DNA from: Klebsormidium nitens
Taxonomy: Eukaryota; Plantae; Klebsormidiophyceae
NCBI GenBank assembly: GCA_000708835.1
Contig: DF237540.1
Coordinates: 1 to 54,997, forward strand
Reading direction: 5' to 3'
Length of the DNA stretch: 54,997 bases
Shown here: piece by piece, positions 1 through 10,180 of the stretch
Numbering within the stretch: the first letter of the stretch is position 1
Layout of the letters: every line of letters starts with the position of its first letter
Program-made: the position numbers and the translations under genes
Notes under the pieces: generated by a model
What the model saw: only the letters and a program-made list of their open reading frames with translations
Database searches by the model: none
Told to the model about the DNA's origin: nothing

Positions 1-546
1 TACCTGCTAAAGCTAAGGAGCCAAAGCAGAAGGTTGTCACCAGGTCAGTTCGTAAGGCTGCCAAGAGGGCGCGAACGACCTGAGAGTTTTTGTAAACCAA
101 CTCTCAACTGTTTCCTGACAGAATTATTGTTCAAAGTTTTACAGGCCCTGTGACAACGAAGTTCGTGCGGCCACGAGTACCGTTCCGCCGACCTAAAAGG
201 GGGCCCAACCGCTGGTTTCCTGCCACGTGTCAGCGCCAGGTTGGTTCCCCTTATCTTGCGTTGCTACAGAGCCTCTGTCTCGCCTAAAGTTTTCGTTCTT
301 TGACCGGAACTTGAAGCGGAACGCAGACGGAACCGTGGATGTACATCAACGGTTAGGATCGAAGTCGACCCACAAACATCTGAAGTCAGATTGTCCGTCT
401 ATAAGTACAGAATAATCTGGCTTTCCTAGATTGACCAGGGTGTTGGTCTAATTGGAAGACCTAGCGGGGACATCGGGTAGGTCATTCCCCAGTCGTACCT
501 AGGGAACTGGCAGTTCATAAGTCGACCCTCGGGGCGAAGCATCTTC

Positions 547-689
547 GGGTGTTAGCCTGCGTCGGATTAAACCCCGGCGCGGTCGCAGAGCATCGACCCA
601 GTAGACATTGTGTTCGCTTCCCGCTCCGGTCTTCTGGGATTGTCGCGAGGGGTCGCCCAGATTACCGGGTTCGAAACCCGGAGCACCCA
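547..689 (+). ncRNA. candidate tRNA-like (Pol III-type) structured RNA, 143 nt, not a canonical tRNA
   Basis: GGGTGTT (547-553) pairs with AGCACCC (682-688) as a 7-bp acceptor-like stem with one G-U, followed by discriminator A689. Perfect T arm CCGGG-TTCGAAA-CCCGG (665-681) containing B box GTTCGAAAC. TTTT at 694-697. The interior is ~70 nt longer than a tRNA and has no canonical D or anticodon arm. Confidence 0.5.
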
Positions 690-1021
690 TATCTTTTGTT
701 CCGTACGCATGTGCGTTCGTCAAGATGGTGTATGGCTGTAGTAGCTTTGAGAGACAAAAATGTTGCGTGGATTCCAAGCTATAAGTTTAAGCTTGATTAG
801 CTTTCACGTCCGGAAGGTTTGACGGAGTGATATCTTCGGATGTCATTCCGCCGGAAATTCCGGAACTTTTGCTGAGCGCAGCAGAAGGTTTGAGATATAA
901 GTTTATTTCAGATTGACATTGTTAGAGGATGGTTCGAAGTGCGGTGGCTCATGGCTTATCGAACTCCGTCCCATTCTCTGGAACACAATTTTTGCTGAGG
1001 CAAGCATTAAAGTACATAACT

Positions 1022-1850
1022 TTAACTACGAAATGTTTGGGTGACGGCGGTGAGAGATAGCGAGGTAAATACTCTACCCCGCTGTCTACCACCGTCCGTT
1101 TTGCTGAGCAGAGCAAAGTGGTTCGGCTATAAGCGTAGTTTGACGAGACCCACTTTTGGACAGATGTCACAATATAAGTTTATTGGACACATCTCTCCCG
1201 TGGTGGGCGGCGTCATAAGAAGCTCTGGCTAAAGGAGCAGGCTTCTCATGACGTCATCCACTGCATCAACCCACATTTTGCTGACATTCCACCGCCAGCG
1301 GAAATATAGTTTATTTCCACCCGTTCAGAACCAAGGGTCGTCAGCAGAGCAATTGGGTAGCATGCTCATAGTCGCTCCGCTTGCCTCGACCCTTTTGGTG
1401 TTACCCAGATGGACAATTTAAGTAGATTGTCAGACCTTGTGGGAGGTCGGGTTGGAATAGCACAACTGGCTACGGCCAGGGACTTACAGAAAGTTGACAG
1501 TGTTTTAACCGACCCCCACAACAGCACCAAACTTCTTGTTGTTAACACTGACAACAAATTGCTGACGTTGCAAAAGATTGCTGAACGCAGCGTGAGATCA
1601 CCGGATACCAATGCGGTAAAGTTCAAACCTCGTGAGGTTGTCTTTTTGCCGTCGATGATCTTTGAAGTTCCGCGGTGAAACCTGCGTCGCTCGATGCGTC
1701 GCGCGGAACCGGAATTAGACCGGTGGTCACTGTCCACCGTACGATCGGAACCACAAAATTGATATCCACTGGTTTCAGTGTTTATAAGGTAAAACTTACT
1801 GACTTGTTTCATGGTACAGGGTGACCAGAAGCAAGCCCGGTGCTGAGTGA
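1022..1850 (+). pseudogene. decayed ORF of unknown family (probable TE or viral accessory gene)
   Basis: One reading frame (containing track ORF 1409-1678) gives protein-like sequence for ~800 nt, broken only by isolated TAA/TAG/TGA codons and no obvious frameshift. No recognisable domain. Confidence 0.3.
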
Positions 1851-1899
1851 TGGGCTAGGCAGTCTGCTACAGCCCTCACTCAACGCCGGGCCCCGCCTC

Positions 1900-2774
1900 N
1901 NNNNNNNNNNNNNNNNNNNNNNNNNNNNNNNNNNNNNNNNNNNNNNNNNNNNNNNNNNNNNNNNNNNNNNNNNNNNNNNNNNNNNNNNNNNNNNNNNNNN
2001 NNNNNNNNNNNNNNNNNNNNNNNNNNNNNNNNNNNNNNNNNNNNNNNNNNNNNNNNNNNNNNNNNNNNNNNNNNNNNNNNNNNNNNNNNNNNNNNNNNNN
2101 NNNNNNNNNNNNNNNNNNNNNNNNNNNNNNNNNNNNNNNNNNNNNNNNNNNNNNNNNNNNNNNNNNNNNNNNNNNNNNNNNNNNNNNNNNNNNNNNNNNN
2201 NNNNNNNNNNNNNNNNNNNNNNNNNNNNNNNNNNNNNNNNNNNNNNNNNNNNNNNNNNNNNNNNNNNNNNNNNNNNNNNNNNNNNNNNNNNNNNNNNNNN
2301 NNNNNNNNNNNNNNNNNNNNNNNNNNNNNNNNNNNNNNNNNNNNNNNNNNNNNNNNNNNNNNNNNNNNNNNNNNNNNNNNNNNNNNNNNNNNNNNNNNNN
2401 NNNNNNNNNNNNNNNNNNNNNNNNNNNNNNNNNNNNNNNNNNNNNNNNNNNNNNNNNNNNNNNNNNNNNNNNNNNNNNNNNNNNNNNNNNNNNNNNNNNN
2501 NNNNNNNNNNNNNNNNNNNNNNNNNNNNNNNNNNNNNNNNNNNNNNNNNNNNNNNNNNNNNNNNNNNNNNNNNNNNNNNNNNNNNNNNNNNNNNNNNNNN
2601 NNNNNNNNNNNNNNNNNNNNNNNNNNNNNNNNNNNNNNNNNNNNNNNNNNNNNNNNNNNNNNNNNNNNNNNNNNNNNNNNNNNNNNNNNNNNNNNNNNNN
2701 NNNNNNNNNNNNNNNNNNNNNNNNNNNNNNNNNNNNNNNNNNNNNNNNNNNNNNNNNNNNNNNNNNNNNNNNNN
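1900..2774. other. assembly gap (N run)
   Basis: Run of N. Confidence 0.99.
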
Positions 2775-3554
2775 TTGCACGATAGATCAAGCAAGTCTTA
2801 GCGCAGGTTCTCAATGAGATATTGAGTTCCTTTGCCCAGTTACGTTACGAATGCGGAGAGCTAACTTCTCTCCGCGCGAAGCCTTTCGACTTGTATCTAC
2901 TAACGGTCGGATTTCTGCCTATCGATCTACGGTACTCTAATACTGAGTAAGCATCGTGCGGCTCTCCGGAGTCGCACGTGGTCACTAACGACTCCCGGTG
3001 CTAAACCCTGAAGGACGGAGACTCCGCATTCTGCAAGTCGAACTTGTACCGCGCCGCGGCTTAGCGCGCACACTGTCCCTGCAGCAGCAAGTGTCTGCAT
3101 GCCACGTGTCACAATCTTACACGCGCGCAACCCTGACCAGTGGGACTTCCGCAGAGGGCGGGAGTATTCAGAGAGCACACTGCAGCTCTTAGGTGACGTC
3201 AAGCCTGACCTGAGTCTGACATGAAATCGGATTCGTGTGCCACTGCGCACTCTCAGAAAATGCTCGGGAAGTCGGGACTTTTGACACAGATAGACAACTT
3301 ACGGCTACCGCAGACTACGAATATTTATGCCAGTGCACAATATCGAACTTTTACGCGCTCGGTGAAATTCAGGTACCATCGTCAGGGGCTAGTTTAAAAA
3401 CGCCAGGGTAGTCTAGGTTTACGGGGAGTCCCGGGGGGGCCGCCGCAGTTGACAGCTACCTAAGGCTGCAACCCCCGGTCGAGGTCTCCCGTAGACTCCG
3501 GGACCGAACTACTGAGTGCACTGTACTATCTCGCGCAGACTTGGATGAAATGCT

Positions 3555-4376
3555 ATGACCTCGACAAAAGACCCCCGGAACTTACCGGCTGAGTATGCGC
3601 GCCGGTGGGTCGAAGCCGACCCCCAAATCGAAGAGCCGGAGTACCCAAACCCCGGCCTGCAAGGGGTTAACCTGAGGGGCATCAGCCGGATCTACCCAAT
3701 CCCGGACGGAGAGCCGGAGTGGGGCTACGAAGCACACCCTGACGGAGGCCTGGACGAAGTACCCTTGTGGCGCGAGGGCAACCGGGAGCGGCTGTACTGG
3801 CTCATCGACTTCATCAGCATGGAGGGGCCCAGCAAGTACCCTGCCGTGTGGGAGTGGGAGGAGCGACGCCTGCAGTACCGGCGTGACTGGCTGCAGCGCA
3901 TGATTCTGGAGTGCCGCAACGAACCCATGTTGGCGGGCTTCAGCACTCTTCCCCGGAGGCGGGACGAGTTAGCGCAGATAGACTCCCTGTTCATGATGCA
4001 CGCGGCCTACGCAAGGGACCTCCTGAAGGAAGATGCCCTCCGGAGGCTAGACACCGAGGCGGTGGAGTTCCAGACGGCCGCCACCAACAACCGGCGCCTG
4101 GCCTACCCCTGGGAAGCGGCGCTGGGACCCCCGGTGGATGCCCCCGCGTTCAACTTCAACACCCGCACGGCCCGGCTGCTGGAAATGGAGCTAGGAGCAT
4201 TGGTGGGGCGGGCGCACTCACTGTCTGCGTTGCTGGCGCAAAGGGAGGTGCGGCGCTTCCATCAAGAGAGGACCAGGGAGCTGATCGCCAAGCACCGGAG
4301 GGGGCTGATAGCGGCGCGTGAACGAGATCTTCCAATCCCACAGCCACGAGCGGAGGCAAGAGCGGAGGGCGCTTGA
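3555..4376 (+). CDS. 273-aa intact ORF1 of the element, possible Gag-position protein, unknown family
   Basis: ATG-initiated, uninterrupted, GC3-rich, predicted helical and charged. Lies directly upstream of the MTase-RT region. No CCHC knuckle recognised. Confidence 0.55.
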   Translation: MTSTKDPRNLPAEYARRWVEADPQIEEPEYPNPGLQGVNLRGISRIYPIPDGEPEWGYEAHPDGGLDEVPLWREGNRERLYWLIDFISMEGPSKYPAVWEWEERRLQYRRDWLQRMILECRNEPMLAGFSTLPRRRDELAQIDSLFMMHAAYARDLLKEDALRRLDTEAVEFQTAATNNRRLAYPWEAALGPPVDAPAFNFNTRTARLLEMELGALVGRAHSLSALLAQREVRRFHQERTRELIAKHRRGLIAARERDLPIPQPRAEARAEGA

Positions 4377-4964
4377 GCGCGCCTGGGCCACGCAGGTCGA
4401 GCAGCTTACAACGCTGCCATCTGGACCGGACGCCCGGAGTCCTGAACCCACCGGGACCCGGCGAGGCGGCCCCCGGTAGGAGGGACCACCCTGGGCCGGG
4501 AGCATGGAGGGCTACCCAGCCAGGGACCACCGCCAGACTACTTACGACCACCTGGGGAGGCCGGACCTCCCACCGGGATGGGCGTGGCGCGGCCCGGACA
4601 GCAACGCCGTCTACCGTCCGGGAGCTGCACGACTTCCTCGAGATCCACCTCAGGACCGGGGAGGAGGCGCAAGCTGAGAGCCAGAACCGAGCTCACGTCG
4701 GCGACTTCCGGGGCGAAGACTACCCCCAAATGGCGGATAGTTTTGCTGCAGATGCAACACCAACGGCGGCAAGAGCCGCCCCCGGCACCGGCGGACGAGG
4801 ACGAGACGCGGCCGTCCCCAGTGCCGGACTTGGCGGACTTCCAAGAGTGGAGCCCGCCACGTGAACTGGGACGAGCTGCCCCAGGCGTTCATGGTCAATC
4901 ACCACTCTACACCGGAGAAGCAGTGCGTCGAGATATGTAAGCGGCTCTGTACCGGGAGGGGGAG

Positions 4965-6074
4965 ATGATTTGGGCCATCGACGAACACCACACCCGAATG
5001 TTCGGGGACGACAAGTGGCTGTGCGTGCTGCTGCTTTTTGGCGGCATTGGGGCGGAGCTGGAGGGGCTACTGAAGGCCGGAGTCAAGATCAGGAAGGTCC
5101 TGTATGTGGACAACGACCCGATCAGCCGGAGGGTTTTTGGACACCGGCTGAGGGCCCTCCACCACGCCTACCCAGAGCAGCTACCTGAGCTGACCTACCC
5201 TCCACCGCCGCACGGCGCTACCCTCGAACATCAGGGACATCGGCAAACTGGAGCTGGAGCGCCACATCGGGCGCGAGGCACGGCACCCAATCGACCTGGT
5301 GACCGTGTCTTCGCCATGCCAGGGCTTCTCCCGGGCCAATCGACAGGCCCGGGGATTGGAGGACCCCGCTCCACCCTCTACCTGGAGGCACTGCGCGTGC
5401 TGTCAACAATCTGACGCCTTCAACGCCCGTGGTCAATCGAACCGGGCTACATCTTCGAGATGGTGGACGCGAGCGACCACGCCAATCCGCCCGCCCGGTG
5501 GGGGTTCCAACAGATGGAGCTCATCAACGGAGGCTACGCAGACAGCGGCATCCGGCTTGACGCGGCAAAACTAGGGTCGCGGCAGCCCACCGGACCCGCG
5601 TGTTCTGGACGAACCTGGCGCGCGCATGTGACATCCAGGAGCGATACAACCAGTTCGAACGCGAGTGTGGGTCCGGCTGGACGCGCAGGACGCGCTAGAC
5701 AACTTCCGGACAGTACAAATGGCGGCCCAGGACGACCCCGCAATACGGGGTTACTACTGCGTCAACGTGAAGGGGGAGCCACTGCAGACCTTTCCCACTC
5801 TGGTGGCAACCCCGAGCTCCTACGCCTTCCGCTTTCAAGCCCCTGACCAACCGGGGCCGGGGTTGGTGTACGACCGCAGCGTCCGAGAGTGGCAGGAGCC
5901 CAACGCCGACGAGCGAGAGCGGATAATGGGGATGCTGCCGTGGTCAACCCGGGGCTACAACATACCGGAAGCAGAGCGCGCATGAGGCTCATCGGAAGCG
6001 CCATCAACGTTCGCGCCTACACCTGGCTGTGCACGGAGATCCGCCGCTGGCGGGTCATCAACAAGGACGAATGA
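4965..6074 (+). pseudogene. DNMT3/DRM-like DNA (cytosine-5) methyltransferase domain, frameshifted
   Basis: Motifs in canonical order across several frameshifts: I VLLLFGGIG (FGGIG 5037-5051); II KVLYVDND; IV IDLVTVSSPCQGFS (catalytic Cys codon 5317-5319); VI GYIFEMV; VIII AAHRTRVFWTNL (5582-5617, cf. DNMT3 AAHRARYFWGNL); IX ERERIMGM; X RLIGSAINV. Confidence 0.9.
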
Positions 6075-6649
6075 AGGCGCGCTGGCGGGGGCGCAACAAT
6101 CGCCCCCGGCGTGACGGGTGTTCCGACTCACCCTCAACAAAAGCCGCAAGTACCAAACCAGCTGGCGGACCGCCGGAGTGCTCAGCGTCCCGCAGCTGGG
6201 GGGGGGAAAGGACAGGGGACTAGAGATCCCAAAACGAAAATCCCTGCAAAGGCCGGAGAGCCCAGGGGAACCGCAGAGAAGCGAGAGGGAAGAAAGGGTG
6301 ACCAGCCCCAGGGGTTAACCGGAGAAAAGCCCGGGAAGGTCAACCAAGGAGGTGGGGCCCAAACGGCCTTAGGGCTAGGGCAGTCCGAAAGGGCCTTGCC
6401 CCCGGAGGGGGGCAAACCACTAACACCCGGTCAGGGTGATCAAGAGCAACGCTGGGAAACTGCCCCGGAGACAAACAGGGAGTCGGAGCCACGACGGGGA
6501 AGAGGGCTTAGAAGAGCTCCATTCCCTGGAAACAGGCGGAAGGCAGTTGGGACCGGAGCTTCAAGCAGCAGCTGTGGGGACAGCACCGGAGGAGAACGGC
6601 GCAAGCCAATCAGTGGGGCCAAGGGAGCTGAGAAACCCTTTGAGTGGGG

Positions 6650-7349
6650 AGACGACCAGATATGGCCGGGACTGACACGGGAGCAGAACACAGAGGCACG
6701 AGGGAAGTCCAGGAGGAGTTTCGGGACATCTTCGCGTGGTCCATCTACGACCTCAGCGACACCGCCATCGAGGGGGTGGAGTTCGAGGTGGACTTCAACG
6801 ACGACAAGCCCATCTGGTCCCCCAAGCGGCGCTACTCCCAGTACGAGAGGGACCTGCTGAAGGCGTACGTGGACTCAGAGGCTGGCCGCCAAGGTCATCG
6901 CGCCCAATTGAAGCTACCCCCGCGCGTCAAGGAGCCTTTCGCCGCCGCCACCGTCATGCCCCGCAAGAAGGACGCGGAGGGAGCGGCGGATCTGCGGCGA
7001 CTACCGGCCCCACAACGACAAGACCGTCCCTGACAAGTACCCGATGCTGATTGCGGACGAGCTGTTCGACGATCTGGGGGGGAGCGACTGCTTCTCCACG
7101 CTGGACCTTCGGATGGGGTACCACCAGATCCGGATCAGGAAAGGGGACCAGTGGAAGCTGGCCTTCTGGGGGCATGACGACCTGTACATGCCCATGCGCA
7201 CCCCCTTCGGGCCCAAGATGCTCTTTCAGCGTCTGATGGACCGCGTACTCCGGGGGCTACGGGCGACCTGGCGCGGGCATTCATCGACGACATCATCGTC
7301 CACGCCAAGGGATTCCGGGCCCACCTGGACGCCCTGCGCGGAGTCTTCA
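6650..7349 (+). pseudogene. Ty3/Gypsy reverse transcriptase, frameshifted and truncated
   Basis: EVQEEFRDIFAW...KPIWSPKRRYS...MPRKKD...RICGDYRPHNDKTVPDKYPM...FSTLDLRMGYHQIRI...KLAFW...PFG...FQRLMDRVL, and the YxDD-equivalent FIDD at 7280-7291. Confidence 0.92.
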
Positions 7350-9300
7350 TGTGACGATTGGGCTATGGTTAAGTCTAACCGCACAATCGCACAAGTGTTA
7401 ACCTTCGGGTTATGCCAGTTTGCCGACGTGTTGGCATGTGGCCATTATTGATGTGACATAATTAATTGTAATTATGCCACTAATGCTAAGATGTATGGTA
7501 GGGCAATCATTGTGTTTAAATCTGTTCAGTCCGTTCAGTTCTAAACAGTTCGTTAGTCAATGTCGGTTGCTGTCATGACCAGGATTGCTTGGCGTGGCGC
7601 ACTGTGCTCTACTATGCGGTTAGTAAGTAAGCTACCTCAACAGCTGGACGGAGGACTTAGAAATGATTGGATGCAGCCCTCGAGTGCGCTCGAGACTGCC
7701 CCTCCATGATTCAGGTCTTCACTGAATGCGAGCGAGGAACAGGGCTTGGTTCAACTTGCGGGGATCATTCGAAGTGCGAATTCCCAACCAGCAAGCAGAA
7801 CTGTCTTGAGCTGAAAGACAACATTTTTACAGAGCAAGCGCCTTCGTCCGAGTATGCCTGTGCACATCCATGGTTTCCGCACATGGCTGCCGTTAGTGTT
7901 TCGTAGTTATCCTGGGCCAGCGCTTCGCTTAAGCTGGCCAACCGTCACAACTGCACTGTAATGCGCGAGCCCACCCACGCTTACCCGTTCACGACCTGTA
8001 CCCTAATGGTATCGGAGTTATACTACTCCGAGTTAACCACCGCTAATGTAATTCCCCGATAGGTAGAGCGCTTATAGAGCTACCAGTGCATCAACAAGGA
8101 TCAGCAGGCAGCGGAAGATAGATGGAACTAACGCGTGGTGTGTCAGCCGGACAAGTGTAACACTAACGAGAGCGTCACACAAGGGAGTGTCCCATACCAC
8201 TCCAGCTAACCAGCCAGACTACTATCCCACTCAGTCCGACACGTAACGGATACAACACAAGATGAACTCACCACTGGGTCTGCATTGCATGAGTCATGGC
8301 GCGATATGCTGCAATTGTGGCCGGTACTGACTAAAGTCAGAACAAGGTGGATAAGCCCTCCGTGAGGGTACACAGTCAAAACGTCACAACGTCTTTTCGG
8401 CACAAAGGTTGCCGGGTGCCTGGTGACATATAGCTATACAATGCTGGCGGTGCCAGCCAAACTGCTACGGAGGCGAGGGCCTCGATACTACAAACGGAAA
8501 GCTAGAAGCAGAAGCTCTTACTATAAGAAACAAGGGACCCTAAGCGAAAAATGTCCAAGTTACTATAATGAGCTAGCGAATCGCGTCTCCTCGGAGGTCC
8601 TCAATCCCTAGCGGACTAACAAAGCACACAGGCTACCGTGAGTAGTCTAGAGTATCAACTGCTTAAGCCTCTATCGAAACGCGAAGTCCTCGGAGTCCCA
8701 CCGCCACTCACAGCTCGACACCTAGACTAATCCGGCTGTCCTGAATGATTGGTCATCGCAACCCCCGTGGGTATCGACGGTGCCGATCACTACACCTCGC
8801 TAATGGGCCTCATTATTGAACCGTAAATCTGAAGCCCACACACCCGAAATCCTAAGCTAAAACCCCTGCGTCGCGGCCCTGTCGCGGCCGCCACGTCGCT
8901 CCCTTCAATGCCCGCTAGCCCGCTCGCGCGCTGCTCCGTCACTAGTGGTCCTGCTCACTCCGGTGGGGGTTCCGCGGCAATACAGCAGTCTAACGTCGTA
9001 TTAGAATTTCAACAAATCCACTGGTGGAAATCAAAATCCGCCGCCCCGGTGGAGGTTTCAGCCAACATCCAGATTCCTAGAGTGAACTTTTTAACCGCGA
9101 GTTTCGAGCTGCGGCGGGCCGCGGTCCTTATGAAATCCGAACTTTCACCTATCGAAACTTCAAATTTGACTCGGAACCGCAGCCAGCTTATCCACCGTCG
9201 GATCGCGAATCTGACGGCCCATCGACCAGCTCGGTATCGAACCACATCGATCTGAAAATGGCGTGGTTGCGTTGTGTAATTTAATTTTGTCATTTACATG
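7350..9300. repeat. probable non-coding TE or LTR-like sequence interrupting the RT
   Basis: Abrupt compositional switch at 7350 starting TGTGACG. The inverse CGTCACA occurs at 7943, 8173 and 8382, but none is flanked by a matching target-site duplication. No convincing ORF. Confidence 0.3.
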
Positions 9301-9399
9301 ACAAATAATGGCACCTGCATGGACTTATCATGATCAATTTTGCATCAAAAGTTATAATTCAATCACTGTTAGAAAGTGTTAGTACCGATTTAATGTGGA

Positions 9400-10180
9400 T
9401 ATGATTGAAATTCTATCTTCGCTCTGGTAATTTCGGCCTTTTCCATCGCCGATCGAACACGGAACCATTTCGGTTGATTTGTTTGCAACTTGAAAAAGTT
9501 GCAAGTTCAGTGTGCTTTAGCGGTGCGGTTGAAGATGAGGAACATTTCTTGATCCATTGCCCTGCTTACGCCAAATCTCGCAGCATCATGTGGCTCAACA
9601 TCGAAGGCAATCAGTGGAGCATTCAAGTGCAATTGGAGTCTGGCAGCACATACAGTCTTCCTCCTCGTTCAAGCAATTGCTATATCTGCTAGGTCGCACT
9701 GAAGTCGTTTGGCAATCCGATGTTGCAGACATCATCGATTCCGCGGTTCGCCAGTTCATCCTTCATGCAGCACATGATCGGTACGCTTTGTTGGCTTCTA
9801 CTAGTGACAAGTTCGGAGGGCATACACGCGGTTCTTCTAACATCCCTGCTTTGTCCCTTTCAGGCCAATAGACAGGCTCGCATCATACGGGCAACCAGCA
9901 GCACAAGCAAGCGGCAGCCTCATCCTTCATTGCCAAAGCCCTAGCCCATGACGGACAGTCTCTGTAAAGCGGCTTTTCATCAGAGCATATACAGTGTCCA
10001 CACAGTGGCATATTCCTCAAGTCGGAATTCATTTGCATGCTTCCTCAGCTGGCAATTACGGCGAAATATTCTCATCAAATCGTTGTTTAAGGTTCTGGCA
10101 TGCCATGCATCGAGTATCATGATGTGTTGCTTGTAATCATATAAGCCCAATGTCAAGCTCAAGCTCAAGCCCCAGCTCAA
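9400..10180 (+). mobile_element. 3' remnant of a non-LTR retrotransposon (LINE; RTE/RTEX-like end)
   Basis: ORF2 C-terminal zinc-finger signature C..GAVEDEEHFLIHCPAYAKSR (~9510-9580), a frameshifted tail LLG...SAVRQFILHAAHDR, then an imperfect (CAAGCT)n tandem tail at 10154-10180. Confidence 0.75.

Larger units (their letters stand above)
3555..7349 (+). mobile_element. decayed, 3'-truncated Ty3/Gypsy LTR retrotransposon carrying a cytosine-5 DNA methyltransferase
   Basis: Co-linear, same strand: ORF1 (3555-4376), C5-MTase motifs (4965-6074), then Gypsy-type RT (EEFRDIF...RICGDYRPHN...LDLRMGYHQIRI...FIDD). No RNase H or integrase is visible after 7349. LTR boundaries could not be defined. 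Confidence 0.85.

Noticed and set aside
566-575. TAAACCC in a loop of the tRNA-like RNA as a telomerase template
   Set aside because: Only one 7-nt permutation with no alignment overlap. The RNA is short, has a tRNA-type internal B box, and no USE/TATA promoter was recognised.
1809-2817. Long ORFs of X residues across the N gaps (also 23023-23424 and 37352-38424)
   Set aside because: Artefacts of translating N runs.
3370-3400. GGTACCATCGTCAGGGG as the Gypsy primer-binding site
   Set aside because: It lacks the TGG start, no upstream LTR end (CA) could be established, and I could not match it to a tRNA 3' end.
6660-6690. DTGA as a retroviral protease active site
   Set aside because: It is in the frame upstream of a frameshift. 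The coding frame there reads WPGLTREQ, and the hydrophobic context of a protease motif is absent.
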